Shown: positions 1-10,336 of the stretch, one piece after another
Numbering within the stretch: the stretch's first letter is position 1
Layout of the letters: each line of letters starts with the position of its first letter
Assembly (NCBI GenBank): GCA_051941275.1
Contig: JAVEBF010000029.1
Coordinates: 1 to 45,904, forward strand
From: Dirinaria sp. TL-2023a
Taxonomy: Eukaryota
Direction: 5' to 3'
Length of the DNA stretch: 45,904 nucleotides
Notes under the pieces: model-generated
Database searches by the model: none
Seen by the model: only the letters and a program-made list of their open reading frames with translations
Told to the model about the DNA's origin: nothing
Program-made: the position numbers and the translations under genes

Positions 1-1
1 G

Positions 2-688
2 TGCCTCGATCATGAATGGTGTATACCCATGTCCGCGGAGCCCGGTGTTGGTGATGGAGCTTGAGTTTGGGGGAGGATTGGGATTGGAATTGGTGGTGCC
101 TCCTATTCCTCCTCGTGGTTCATGGTTGGAGCTTTGACCGGCATTGTGGGTCCGGTTTTCCTCTCCTCTTGCACCATGGTTGTAATTGGCCTGGTGCCCG
201 CCTCCACCTCCTCCTCTGCCTCTGCTGTTGGCGGCGTAGTCGTTCCCGCCGGCTGCTCTGTGGTGATTATTACCTCGGTAGCCGCCGTGCGGTTGCTGGT
301 GGTGTTGATGGTGGTGGTATGGCGCCTCATTATATTGCGCTCTGGGAGCAAAGTTCGGATTCGGGCTATGGGGATGCGGCTGCTGGGTATAGTAGCCGGA
401 TGTATTGGGGTTGTTGTTATCACCATAATGATGATGATGATGATTGGAGCCAGCTTGTCTACTGTGTATGGAGGGAGATGGGTTGTAGTAACTAGGTGCT
501 TGGGGTGGCTGGGATTGCTGGTTCTGGGTTCCGCCGGGGGGTTGGTTTTGCTGTCCGCCTCGGTGGTGGTTGTGGTGTCCGCCTCTGTGGTGGTTGTACT
601 GTTGTCTGTCTCCGCGGTTGCCTCCTCGTCCACCGCGACCGTTTCCGCCTCGCGGCTGGAAATTTTGCTGCGCGTTGCGTCCTGGCAT
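2..688 (-). CDS. 5' part of a gene for an RGG-box, N/Q/H/G-rich low-complexity protein; runs off the window edge
   Basis: ATG at 688 opens a stop-free frame to the window start (MPGRNAQQNFQPRGGNGRGGRGGNRGDRQQYNHHRGG...). It is absent from the ORF track because no stop is reached. The composition is more protein-like than the overlapping 103..768 frame. Confidence 0.7.
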   Translation of the reverse strand, partial: MPGRNAQQNFQPRGGNGRGGRGGNRGDRQQYNHHRGGHHNHHRGGQQNQPPGGTQNQQSQPPQAPSYYNPSPSIHSRQAGSNHHHHHYGDNNNPNTSGYYTQQPHPHSPNPNFAPRAQYNEAPYHHHQHHQQPHGGYRGNNHHRAAGGNDYAANSRGRGGGGGGHQANYNHGARGEENRTHNAGQSSNHEPRGGIGGTTNSNPNPPPNSSSITNTGLRGHGYTPFMIEA

Positions 689-1012
689 CTTACCCCGTGA
701 TTGGCCGGTCTTTGCGCACTTTTGTGATGATTCAAGAGAGAAAATTTATTCAATATGGATGTGGCCAAGGAAAGAGGTTTCCTTGGGAAGAAAAACGAGA
801 GTCGAATGAGAGATTTGATGTTTGGAAGTATTGTTTGCTACAGGGAAAAGGGCATGGAAAGAGGAGGATGTCAGATGAGAGTGTCGGGCGAGGGAGAGTC
901 ATGGCAAGCGGTAGCAAATGATCAGAGTCTTTCTTTGTTTGATTTGGGGTGTACGCATGACGGATGCACAACAGAAAAGTAGCAAACAGGACATAGAGAC
1001 GGGGAATGGATA

Positions 1013-2728
1013 TCAGATTCCAAGCGAGAATTCAACGCCAACATCAATGTCCCTCGCTGCGTTCGCGCCATTACGTCAGTAAAAAAGGCGTCTCTGTGTA
1101 GATCAAGGTTAATGATAGAACGTACCTGACTTGACGATCTTTGAAAATTGCACAGATTTCTCAGCCGCACTCTGTAAGTCTTCGATGGAGAAGATCTTTA
1201 ATCCTGATTCGTTGATCTACCAGCCCAAGTCAGTAAGTCTGCATCGTACTTTTGTTTGGCTCTTTACCAATTTTGCTGCCTTCTCCATATTCGTCCCCTG
1301 CAATCTTGCCACGATTGGTGTTCGAAGATTCATGCTCTCCACAACGCTGATCAGTCCCTGCGCGATAGCGTCACACCTCACAATCCCGCCAAAAATATTG
1401 ACAAATATGGCTGTAACTTTAGGATCGCTGGTGATAAGATCGAAGGCTTGTTTGATGGCTTGCGGAGTCGCGCCTCCGCCCACATCGAGGAAGTTCGCAG
1501 GTTGACCTCCATTCAGCTTGATGATGTCCATAGTCGCCATAGCTAAACCGGCACCGTTCACGAGGCATCCGATATCGCCGTCTAATTTGATGAAGTTAAG
1601 GCCGTGCCTACACAGTCAGCTAGGGTATGTGCTAGGATCAAAAGCGCATACTCCGCAGCTTTAACCTCATCGGCGTCTTCCTGCGTTCGGTCTCGCCATG
1701 AGAAGACTTCCTCCTGTCTGAAATCTGCATTGTCATCAAAGTTCAACTTTGCGTCCATGCATAACACCTGGTGGTCGGACGTCTCGGACAACGGGTTAAT
1801 CTCGATTTGTGTGGCATCCTTCTCCATGAAGACCTTGTACAGCTTCTGAATGGTGTCTTTCGCATCTTCGATGCACTGTTCCGAGAACCCTAATTCATGG
1901 GCAATGTTCCTTGCAATATCATCTGTAACGCCTTTATGTATATCGATATTGGTGGTAATGATCGCATCGGGCGACTCCTTGGCAACCGTCTCGATGTCCA
2001 TGCCTCCTTGTGACGACGCTATTATTACAGGTGCCTGCGATTGTCGGTCCATGAGTACCGCTAGATAAAACTCCCGACGCGCGAATTTCCGTTCACAGAT
2101 GTATACTGCGTTGCAGAGGCGGCCAGCAGCTCCGGTCTGCTTCGTCATTAATTTGTGCCCTATCATCTGATCCGCAAACATCTTGGCTTCTGTGGGCCTT
2201 GAAGAGCAAAGTGAGCAATCGAAATGGATATGGGAGCTGAAAGGGCACTCCTACGAGTAGATAACCCGCACTCCTCCTTTCAGACCATTATCAAATGTAC
2301 CCTTGCCTCTGCCGCCAGCGAGGACTTGAGCTTTGATGACCATGTCATCTCCACCTATTCCACATCAGTTTCTCTCTTTGGTGCATTGTCTATTTCTCCA
2401 GAGACGACGCACCGATATTCTTCGCTATGCTCTCGGCCTCAGCAGCCGATCGAGCGACTTCACCTTTGGGCACGCCAATGCCATACTAAAGTAATAAGTA
2501 TGAGTACGTTGACCGGGTAGTCCTCGAGTTTCCATACGCTTTTGAGTAGATTTGCAGACAGATATTCATGTATAGAGAGAAACCGCTTCTGTGGGAGAGC
2601 GGCGATTCTAAGCGGCTTTCCGCCCTATTGCGCGTTAGTAGTGAGGATCAAGGGTAGGTAAAGAGGAGCATAACCTGGGCAGCTTTGAGCGCAGTTGCCA
2701 ATGGCGGACTGCGAGCAATTTTGTACAT
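1013..2728 (-). CDS. LSC2: Succinyl-CoA ligase beta subunit, mitochondrial (multi-exon)
   Basis: The spliced product has [73 protein letters not shown] and ends [14 protein letters not shown]. Introns include 2625-2674 and 2486-2537. The N-terminus looks like a mitochondrial presequence. Confidence 0.96.
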
Positions 2729-2946
2729 GGTCACCACTCTTATCGAGGGTTGACTTTGGAAGAGCTCTGCGTCGTGAACTCCGAGGGAGGGGGAGCCTCG
2801 GAGCAGTTGATTGAAGCTGTCGACCCAAAAGGGCAACTCTGCCGAGGCTTGTGATCATTGAGGTCTCGACAGCCGACTTCAACCTCAACATAGTGCACTT
2901 GAGGTAGTATATCTTATCGATTTTTACGAAGATGACGGTCTGGGAT

Positions 2947-3333
2947 TCAGCATTCTACATACAAAGTTCCATTGAGGCTTGTCTTCAGATCACAGTTTCG
3001 ACGATTAACCATTGACAGGATTTCGAATCGGACTTTTACAATATTATTGCACTCGATGAAATGGATAATCTTGATGCTATGCTTCTGTCTTGCTTCGTAG
3101 AGAGGAGACTTGGTATTGAGAGTGTCTACAGCGAACAGTATTGTCTCATCTGTGGGCATTCTCTTCTCTATCCATGCAACATTCCGCAGAGTCAACAGAT
3201 TTACAATGATCAGAATGCCTTCCAGTTTCAAAGATACCTTATGTATCAATTTCTATGCGAAGTCTCTCTCTCTCTATGGATTCTATAATAGATCTGCCAT
3301 ACTATCTACCCATCCCGAAGATATGATTGACAT
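2947..3333 (-). pseudogene. Orphan gene relic with three in-frame TAG stops
   Basis: From ATG 3333: MSIISSGWVDSMADLL*NP*RERDFA*KLIHKVSLKLE..., continuing in frame with ORF 2947..3249. All three interruptions are TAG (CAG>TAG compatible) in TpA-rich sequence. Confidence 0.55.
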
Positions 3334-3498
3334 CCTATCGAAAATATGGGGCTCCTTTTTCGTTTTCGCTGCTATAAACTGTGTCCGCTGATCAGCACAC
3401 GTACTTCGTCTCTGTTCTACTCGTTTTTGAGGTTGGACTTACATATTTCCGTACTTCCAATCAGTTTTTGTAGCCTTATCTTCTCTTTTGCTGGAACT

Positions 3499-5150
3499 TC
3501 AAGCCCCTCCCCCGCGCCCTTGCGGACCACTGCCCCTACCTCTCTGGGAAGGAAAATTAGGACCCATGTGCCTACCACTCGAGCTTTGTTGCGGCGATTC
3601 TTCTACTGCTCCACGACCCTGCTGCATATTGCCATGTTGACCTCCTGTCTGTGGTGGTCCAGCTTCTGTCTGCGGAGAGCTCGCTAAGCCCATGCGTGGC
3701 GTCCCTCTCACTGACTCGTAGCCACCGTGTGCATGCTGCGGTGGCGCTGATGGCCAGTGCGCCCCTGGAGGTTGCAGTTGCGGTCCTTGCTGCGTCACCG
3801 GCGGGGAGAAGAGTGGCGCCATCGGGTTTAGCGGTGTCCGAGGTGGTTCTCCCACACCGAAGGGCGGAGCTTGGACAGACTGTACCTTCCCAGTTGATTG
3901 TTGGCCCGGCCGCGCTTGCTGCCCAGGCTGAAAGGGCAACGCGCGAGGATTGAGGCCTGACGGCATTCCTCCCTGCCTGCCTTGCACCTGGTGTGATGGT
4001 CCTGATGTTGCTCTCCATCCCACCTCGGGACTACCGATCTCGTGCTGTGGACCAATTCCGCCAGCAGGTGCAGCCGCTTCACTACGCACTGGGGCCCCAC
4101 TGGTCGGCGATTGACCTGCAGCTCTCTGAAGAGCTGCTGCTCGCTGTCGAGCCTCATTGTCTTGTATATTGACTGCAAGACGATGCTCCCAGTCCCTCCG
4201 CTCCTGTAACTGTCGACGCTCTTGCTAAACTCTGTGTCAAAACCTTTCTGTTTGAGAGCATTCTCTTCTGTTTGAAGCTTACCTCGGACAGATCTCTATA
4301 ATTCGGAGTTCTGAAGATCTTCGTTAGCGAATGCTTTAGCAATGAATGAAGAACAAAGACCATATCTGTCCAGGCACAGAAATGAAAGCATACAATGCTG
4401 GAGACTTACTTGTCAGCCATCTCAATGTTTATGCTGCTAGATTGGACTAAGTGCTGATGAATCCTGATCTGAGTCTGGCGACTGTGTCGGCTTTGCAGCT
4501 CTGATAAAATTGTGAATCGAAGAGTTCTCCTGCTGCGGAATAACGACAGATCGACTCTTCCACAAAATATCGATCAAACTCGTTCAAAGCGAATTCCGAT
4601 CTTGAATAAGTGCTGACTATTCTTGATCTAGTTCGAAGAATTTTGTCGAGTCCGCGACTTAGACAAGACTCTTGTCGAACTTGAACTTCTCTTCTTCAAA
4701 AGGTGGAAGATCGAGGTCTTCACAAGATATAGAGGCTGCTCAGGTCGGTTTCCAGCTTGGCTGATCTGTTTCGCTTGCTCTGCAGTGATGAGCTTTCGCA
4801 GCTCGAGACGGATGCTGATCAACCGTTTTATGATGTTGATTCAAGCTCTTAGTCGTTCTGACAATTCTTGATCTTTGTCACTTCGGCTCTGGACTTTAGC
4901 ACAAGAGGCTTGTCGATCAATCCTGAACCTCTTTGACACAAGCTACAAGACAAAGTCAGCTGCCTGTCAAGAACTTCTCCTGCAGGAAATAGAAGACAGA
5001 GACAAGAGATACTTACAGAGTTATTAAGAAGCCTCACTTGGATCGAACTCAAAGAGCTTGAGAGATACTAGCAAGTACAGAAGGCGGCAGAGTTTGCACT
5101 TGAAAGCTTCAAAGAATATCAAGAACTCAGTTCAGTTCGAATCTATTCCA
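3499..5150 (-). pseudogene. Two-intron gene relic: 5' half heavily mutated, Q/G/P-rich 3' half intact
   Basis: The frame of ORF 3499..4089 extends upstream (ERF*HRV*QERRQLQERRDWEHRL...). It crosses a GTAAGT..GCTAAC..CAG intron (~4311-4409) and a GTAAGT..GCTGAC..TAG intron (~4943-5016). Scattered TAA/TAG/TGA stops, no frameshift needed. The 5' boundary is approximate. Confidence 0.65.
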
Positions 5151-5329
5151 AATGTTGCAAAGTGCAAGCAAGAAGCGAAAGAAAGGGGAAGAAGAAGAGG
5201 AATTATATAGCCGTCCGTCCGGCGATCATGGCTGAGCCCCGTGTTGAAAGTACTGTTGAAGCGTTCATTCGAAAAGGTGATTGCGAGAGTCTCGATATTC
5301 CCAGAAAACAACACTCAACGCAACACTTC

Positions 5330-6597
5330 AACGCAACACTCCAGATTGACGCTAGGGCCAACAGAGAGCAGAGCCTCAGGAGAATATCGTGCAGAGCCGA
5401 GGTCTTGAGGGATTGTATAAAGAATGATTATGTAAGTATACCATGTTGCGAGGAATATTGTAGAGAGAGATGGGACGGCTGCGATTGATGAGAGCATGGT
5501 ATATAGTATTTGTTGAGCCAAGAAAGATACTATAGATGAAGAAGATACTGATAAAGGTTTCATGTAGGAAGGAAAAGTTTGTTTGCCATTGAGTTCCCAA
5601 ATATAAGTCATTCTTCTGTGATAAAGTATATATATCCCAGAAGATTCTGATTGTGGTTGAAGCACCTGATATACCGTGTTTGTTTGAAGCTATATAATGT
5701 TTTCTAGGTATCACAGGTCACATTTCCCTCAGAAGGAGGTTTGCTTTCCAGCAGACGTTTCGCATGTTTTTATACCCCAGACTTCCCTGTGTTCATCTCA
5801 TCTCCGAGATTCCTTCGGCAGGCAACACAAAAATCTATGTGACATGCTTTTCCATTAGATGATTCACGCCTCCTTCAAGAGATTGTTGCCCAGCCCAACA
5901 CCCTCCCTTACCCCCTTCCTGACCCAGGACCAACCTTTCTCTCAGGTGTTGTAGGATGAATCTCCTGCGGCACAAGCATCCAGCGTATCCTCCATTGGCG
6001 CCTCCAAGTAGAGCGATATAGTTGTCGTCTTGTAAAGACCAGAATTTCTGCTGCTCACAATCCGTCGATCCAGCGCCACATTCTCTTTTCGCTGCTTAAG
6101 AGAGGAGCAGCCGTTGTGAAGTCCGGGTCTATAGTTTTCGCATGGCGGAGGATGCCGCCTTGATCATAGAGGAGCCCTTCCTCTTGGCGGCGAATCGCAC
6201 GTAGCTGGTCTTCGTCATAGTGCGGAGTTTCTGATGAAGAAGGGATTTTGACGTGGAGCTCTTTGTTTAACGGAAAGAAAGAAAGAGACTCGATGAGAGA
6301 TCGATTTACTGATACTTCATCGTTCTCTGGTTGGCCATTCTGATCCGCAAGATCCGTGTGCTTCCTCTTTCTCCGTTGCTTTGACTGATGCTCTGGATCG
6401 AAATGTTGTCGTGCAGAATGCAGCAGTTTATCAACAGTATTGACTTTTATCTCCGGTCGGCGCTGGACAAGTTGCGAATATTTCTGATGAAGTTCTGTTC
6501 CTCGATATTTGCACCAACAGCTCATCACGAAGGTGGTTTGGATATCCTTTGATGATTCCGTCTTGCGTCAGGTTGAGCGGAAGATCGTGGGTCTCAT
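5330..6597 (-). pseudogene. Orphan gene relic, one long frame with scattered stops (includes ORF 6055..6528)
   Basis: The frame of 6055..6528 continues upstream (MRPTIFRST*RKTE...) and downstream (DGL*AAEILVFTRRQLYRSTWRRQWRIRWMLVPQEIH...CHIDFCVACRR...). It has an NLS-like KQRRKRKH. The 3' part is TpA-rich. Boundaries are approximate. Confidence 0.45.
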
Positions 6598-7599
6598 CAA
6601 GGTAGTTAGGAATTTGCTTCCCTGATTAGTTGACTATGGTGTTGACGTTGCTGCCGGCAGCCTCGTAGGCTTTGCAAGGAGGAATGATTCAGGTCGGTAT
6701 ATAGGAAGAATGATGAGGAAGGAAAATGTAAAGAATTGAAGATTGAAAAGGTGGTCGGACTGTCTTTTATAATATATTGCCAGCAGCTAGCGTCACAATT
6801 CGCCAACTCTGGTGTGTATGCTTTGTAGAAATTCTTCATCCCATAGCTCCTAGCCTGCCGAAACAGGTTTTGAATTCGTGAGTCGGTTTGTAGCGTTGAG
6901 CGTTGACGCTTAGGATCGACCAGCTGTGATTCCTGGGTGTTTGTTTACTACAGTTTGGTGTTGCTGACTGTGAGCTGATTTATACCGTCTCTTGTCCCTA
7001 CCTTTATCGCTCGGTTCGTTTTTGAAACTTGATAAGTACCGCTTGTTCATGTTTGCTCACTTACTCGTGGATGGATTCGGTGAGCTCCTAAGTATCAGCT
7101 ACGACATGCCTCTCCAGCACGTGATTGCGTCCTATGTCAGGTCGGTGTCTGATTTGATTTGATCCTTCCCACCTCATGATCCAGCTATTCTTGTCTTTCC
7201 ATAACAGGATTGCGGTGTGCTGCTTTGATGTTTCTCTTACCAGCCCACGCCTCCACGCTCACGGTCTTCCCGTAACCCCTTCATAACCGAATGCCGGTGG
7301 ACCGCTTTGACATTCTCCCCATCATTACATCCTTGGACTTTCGCGGTCTTTCCATGTGCGAAGGGGTCTTTCTTATCTTGGATCGGCGTCCTCCGTAGCT
7401 TCGTCAACGATATATCCCATCGTTTATTCACGAGCTGCTGATTGAGGTTGCCAGACTTTGGTCCTGCCTAGAGCCTCCATTTGTAGTTCACTTCTACCTA
7501 CAGTTCATCATACCCAGCCAAATCACTTGTTTTAGGAGGAGCAGGCTCGCCACCTCTAACCTTCGCCCTTTGGAGCGAATTGAAATATCATGTGCAAGG

Positions 7600-8701
7600 C
7601 ACGATTATTCTATTCTGTAAGCTGTATGATCGAGTACACTTACAGAGTGCGACGGCATGCGAATGCAAAGGATCATTTCGGTTGCATCTCAGGTCTCATC
7701 AGCATCGCTATCAGCCTCAATTTGGGCACCGTCGAGGTCGTTGGCAGATTCATATTCTGTGCCGTAGGCAATATCATCGTCCTCAGAGAGTGCATGGCGA
7801 CGCTTTGGGTTTGCCACGTTCTTCAGGACATCCCCTTCAACAAGCTCCTTTCTTGATAGTGGCGGCCTTCGGGCTTTCTTTTCACGGACAAATTTGCCCT
7901 TATTATTCATGGCATTTTCCTTCAACGAGGATCTTTCTTTACAGTGCCGACCTTGGCCTATCCTCCAGCCACCATGGCTTTCTTAACAGCTGGCGCTTTG
8001 CCTTTGAGCACTGTGATTGCCTCGTGTTCATCACTGTTCTCTGTATCCTCGGCAACCTCCCAATTGTCCCCATCTTCAGTGTCACTATCCTTATTATTGT
8101 TGTTCTCACGGTTTGTACTGGCCTTCTTCACGGTCGCTCTGGACCTGGGCATGTTCGTGGACGAGGAAACACCACCTGCCTCCGAGGAAGCCTGACAGGC
8201 ATGCATTTTGCTCGAAGGCGAATGAGCAGTTGAACAACGCCCAATGTTGTGCTTCGTGGTCACAGATCGATCTAGGTACGCTCACAGATGAAGGACCACC
8301 GACCCTTTTCAAAGAAGGCGAGATACTTATGCCTTATGCTTGAAGACAGAGGCGCAAATGGACAATGTGCTAAGAATGACACCTTCGCTGATGCCACCCA
8401 TTGCTCTGCCGATTTTACATCATAGGTTTTGACGTTGATAGTGCTGCAGTCGCACAACATTTAATTCGTCAGTTGCTGACTCATAACTCTTAGTCGATGT
8501 CCCTCGAAGATAAGTGCGCAGACTCGCAAGGTGTTGGACGATCGCTCCTTCGCTGATGCCGCTCAATCCCTCACTGATTTCTTGTGGGATCTCGATGTAT
8601 CTTGAAGGCCGGTGAACAAATTTAGCAATATGCTGCGCGATAGCAAGTTCACTGGTGCCGGTCATTGCCTGGCCGACTTCCTGGTCATTGTCGACGAACA
8701 T
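7600..8701 (-). pseudogene. Degraded gene resembling fungal Myb/SANT-like helical-domain proteins with acidic/basic disordered tail
   Basis: Fragments 8420..8701 (IPQEISEGLSGISEGAIVQHLASLR, like the fungal 'EGAIVQHLAKLR' motif), 7958..8263 and 7689..7925 (K/R and D/E tracts) are separated by stops or frameshifts. A TATA-like TATATATAA lies ~40 nt upstream of ATG 8701. Confidence 0.45.
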
Positions 8702-8937
8702 ACCACTTGATTGAGAGATCGAAGAATGAATGAAAAATTATATATAGTATAGGTAGATGAGAGGCTGTCGTCAAGGTCTGTATGCTCGCCGCTATGATCG
8801 AGGGACGGGGTCGGGCATTCGTGGTAGCTGGATTCGAGAATTCCATTGTCGAGCGGTATAGGAGGGTAGGAGAAGTGTTCAGTACAGAGTAGCTTCCTGA
8901 TCGTAATGTTCTTGAGTCGTTCAGTAACTGCTACTTA

Positions 8938-9666
8938 TTAAATGCTTGGGAATATCGGTTTGACGGGAGATAGAGCATGAGCGGTAGACTCAGTATCCGC
9001 AATTGTGGGCGTCGCAAATAGCACGGTAGGAGACCATGGATGTTGCTTCTTGTCCTTGTTACACCAAGATTTCGTATCCCTACAGCTGGTCCTGGAGGAC
9101 CCTGGCCTGGACTTCGTGCTCTCTTGATCAGCTAGCCATCCGTGTATATTGGGCAGCCCTTGAACAGATTTGCTTGGTCCTCGTCCGTGACGCCCGTCGG
9201 TATTTTCGCCTTTACCCTGGCTTTGGAGGATATCCATAAAACGTGGGCCGAGTGTGCTCAGAAGTAAAAGTTCGGTTGCGAGAACTAGTTCGTAGTTGTA
9301 GAGGTAGAGGGTGATTCCGCCGCTGTACCATGGTGAACTGGACTTCGGCGCCTCAAAGGGTACGGGCGTCTTTTTTGTTCGCTTACTCTTCCCCTTGGTC
9401 TTTTCAACGCTGTCCTTCGCCTCACGGACGCGCTGCTTCTTGGATGTGGGATCGTCTGCTAGCATACGAGTTTTAGTGTCTCTGATTTTAGAAGTAGGCT
9501 TCTGGTGAGAAGATTTGGGGGAGATTGACTGACCACGCAAGACAAGTCCATCCACCATGTTATGTATGATAGTAGGAGAGGGAAGGGAAAGCAGAGTCCT
9601 TCGGGTCTCTTGCGACTCTGCAAGAGAAAGGGATTGATCTGAAGCAAGCGTACTCCATGAATACAT
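8938..9666 (-). CDS. Hypothetical Lys/Ser-rich orphan protein (start and exon structure uncertain)
   Basis: 242-codon open frame with basic NLS-like tracts (KTKGKSKRTKK). Upstream on the same strand are intron-like GTAAG..CTGAC..CAG signals and a TATA box. Confidence 0.35.
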   Translation of the reverse strand: MYSWSTLASDQSLSLAESQETRRTLLSLPSPTIIHNMVDGLVLRGQSISPKSSHQKPTSKIRDTKTRMLADDPTSKKQRVREAKDSVEKTKGKSKRTKKTPVPFEAPKSSSPWYSGGITLYLYNYELVLATELLLLSTLGPRFMDILQSQGKGENTDGRHGRGPSKSVQGLPNIHGWLADQESTKSRPGSSRTSCRDTKSWCNKDKKQHPWSPTVLFATPTIADTESTAHALSPVKPIFPSI

Positions 9667-10039
9667 TGAAACGGAGTTGCATGAGCAGCAAGTCCCTTTC
9701 GTGAGTGTCGTGGAACTCGAGCGAGACTTGACTCCACTTCGCAGGGGTTTACGCGGTGAAAATATGACTTACAGGATTAATAGTACAACGGATGAGCGGC
9801 CCCGAAGAGCATTTTCTCTCAACAACATATGGAAGAAGAAGTTCTAAACAGCTACATCGATAGTGTAAGCCAGTGCTTCTCCTATTGGAAGTTGAGATGC
9901 TGTAATAATGAAAAAGATGGGTGACTATATAATATATATGACTGTAAATATGTAAGGGCAGTGGAGTCAGGACAGTATAGATGGTAGAAGAAGCTTACTG
10001 ATGTAGACGTCAGAAGGTTGACAAAGCTCGAAGATGTAA

Positions 10040-10101
10040 CTTTTTGAGAATATAAGAGGAAGAAAGTGAGGAAACTCGGGAGAAAGATGGAGTTTATATA
10101 G
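10040..10101 (-). promoter_or_regulatory. Putative core promoter: TATATAAA followed by a pyrimidine-rich tract
   Basis: The minus strand reads CCTATATAAACTCCATCTTTCTCCCGAGTTTCCTCACTTTCTTCCTC, the typical fungal TATA plus CT-box layout. Confidence 0.45.
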
Positions 10102-10129
10102 GAATAGCAGACCAGCTAAAGATGCTGGC

Positions 10130-10336
10130 AACACGATTCTATTCCTCTTCTATCACATCAAATGGCACAGAGAGCTTCTTTCTGCTTTCATAGGCCAGAA
10201 CACCAGTTTCTATTCCTCTCTGATCACATCAGCTGGCGCAGAGAGCTTTTCTCCGGCTTCATAGACTAGAACACCAGTTCTGATTCCTCCCTGATCACAT
10301 CACCTAGTGCACAGAGCTTCTCTCTGCTTTCATAGG
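10130..10336. repeat. Tandem repeat, 3 diverged copies of a 71 bp unit
   Basis: ATTCCTC recurs at 10141, 10212 and 10283. Shared blocks are AACAC, ATCACATCA, AGAGCTT and TTCATAG. Confidence 0.92.

Noticed and set aside
61..921. Long overlapping ORFs 61..495, 122..700 (hydrophobic, membrane-like) and 103..768
   Set aside because: Antisense or alternate-frame shadows of the low-complexity RGG frame starting at 688.
2900..6600. Stop-codon reassignment as the explanation for in-frame stops
   Set aside because: Neighbouring conserved genes terminate normally with TAG and TGA, and all three stop types occur in the relics together with a composition shift.
10130..10336. Possible CRISPR-like array
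   Set aside because: Units are similar along their whole length with no unique spacers, there are no cas genes, and the context is eukaryotic.
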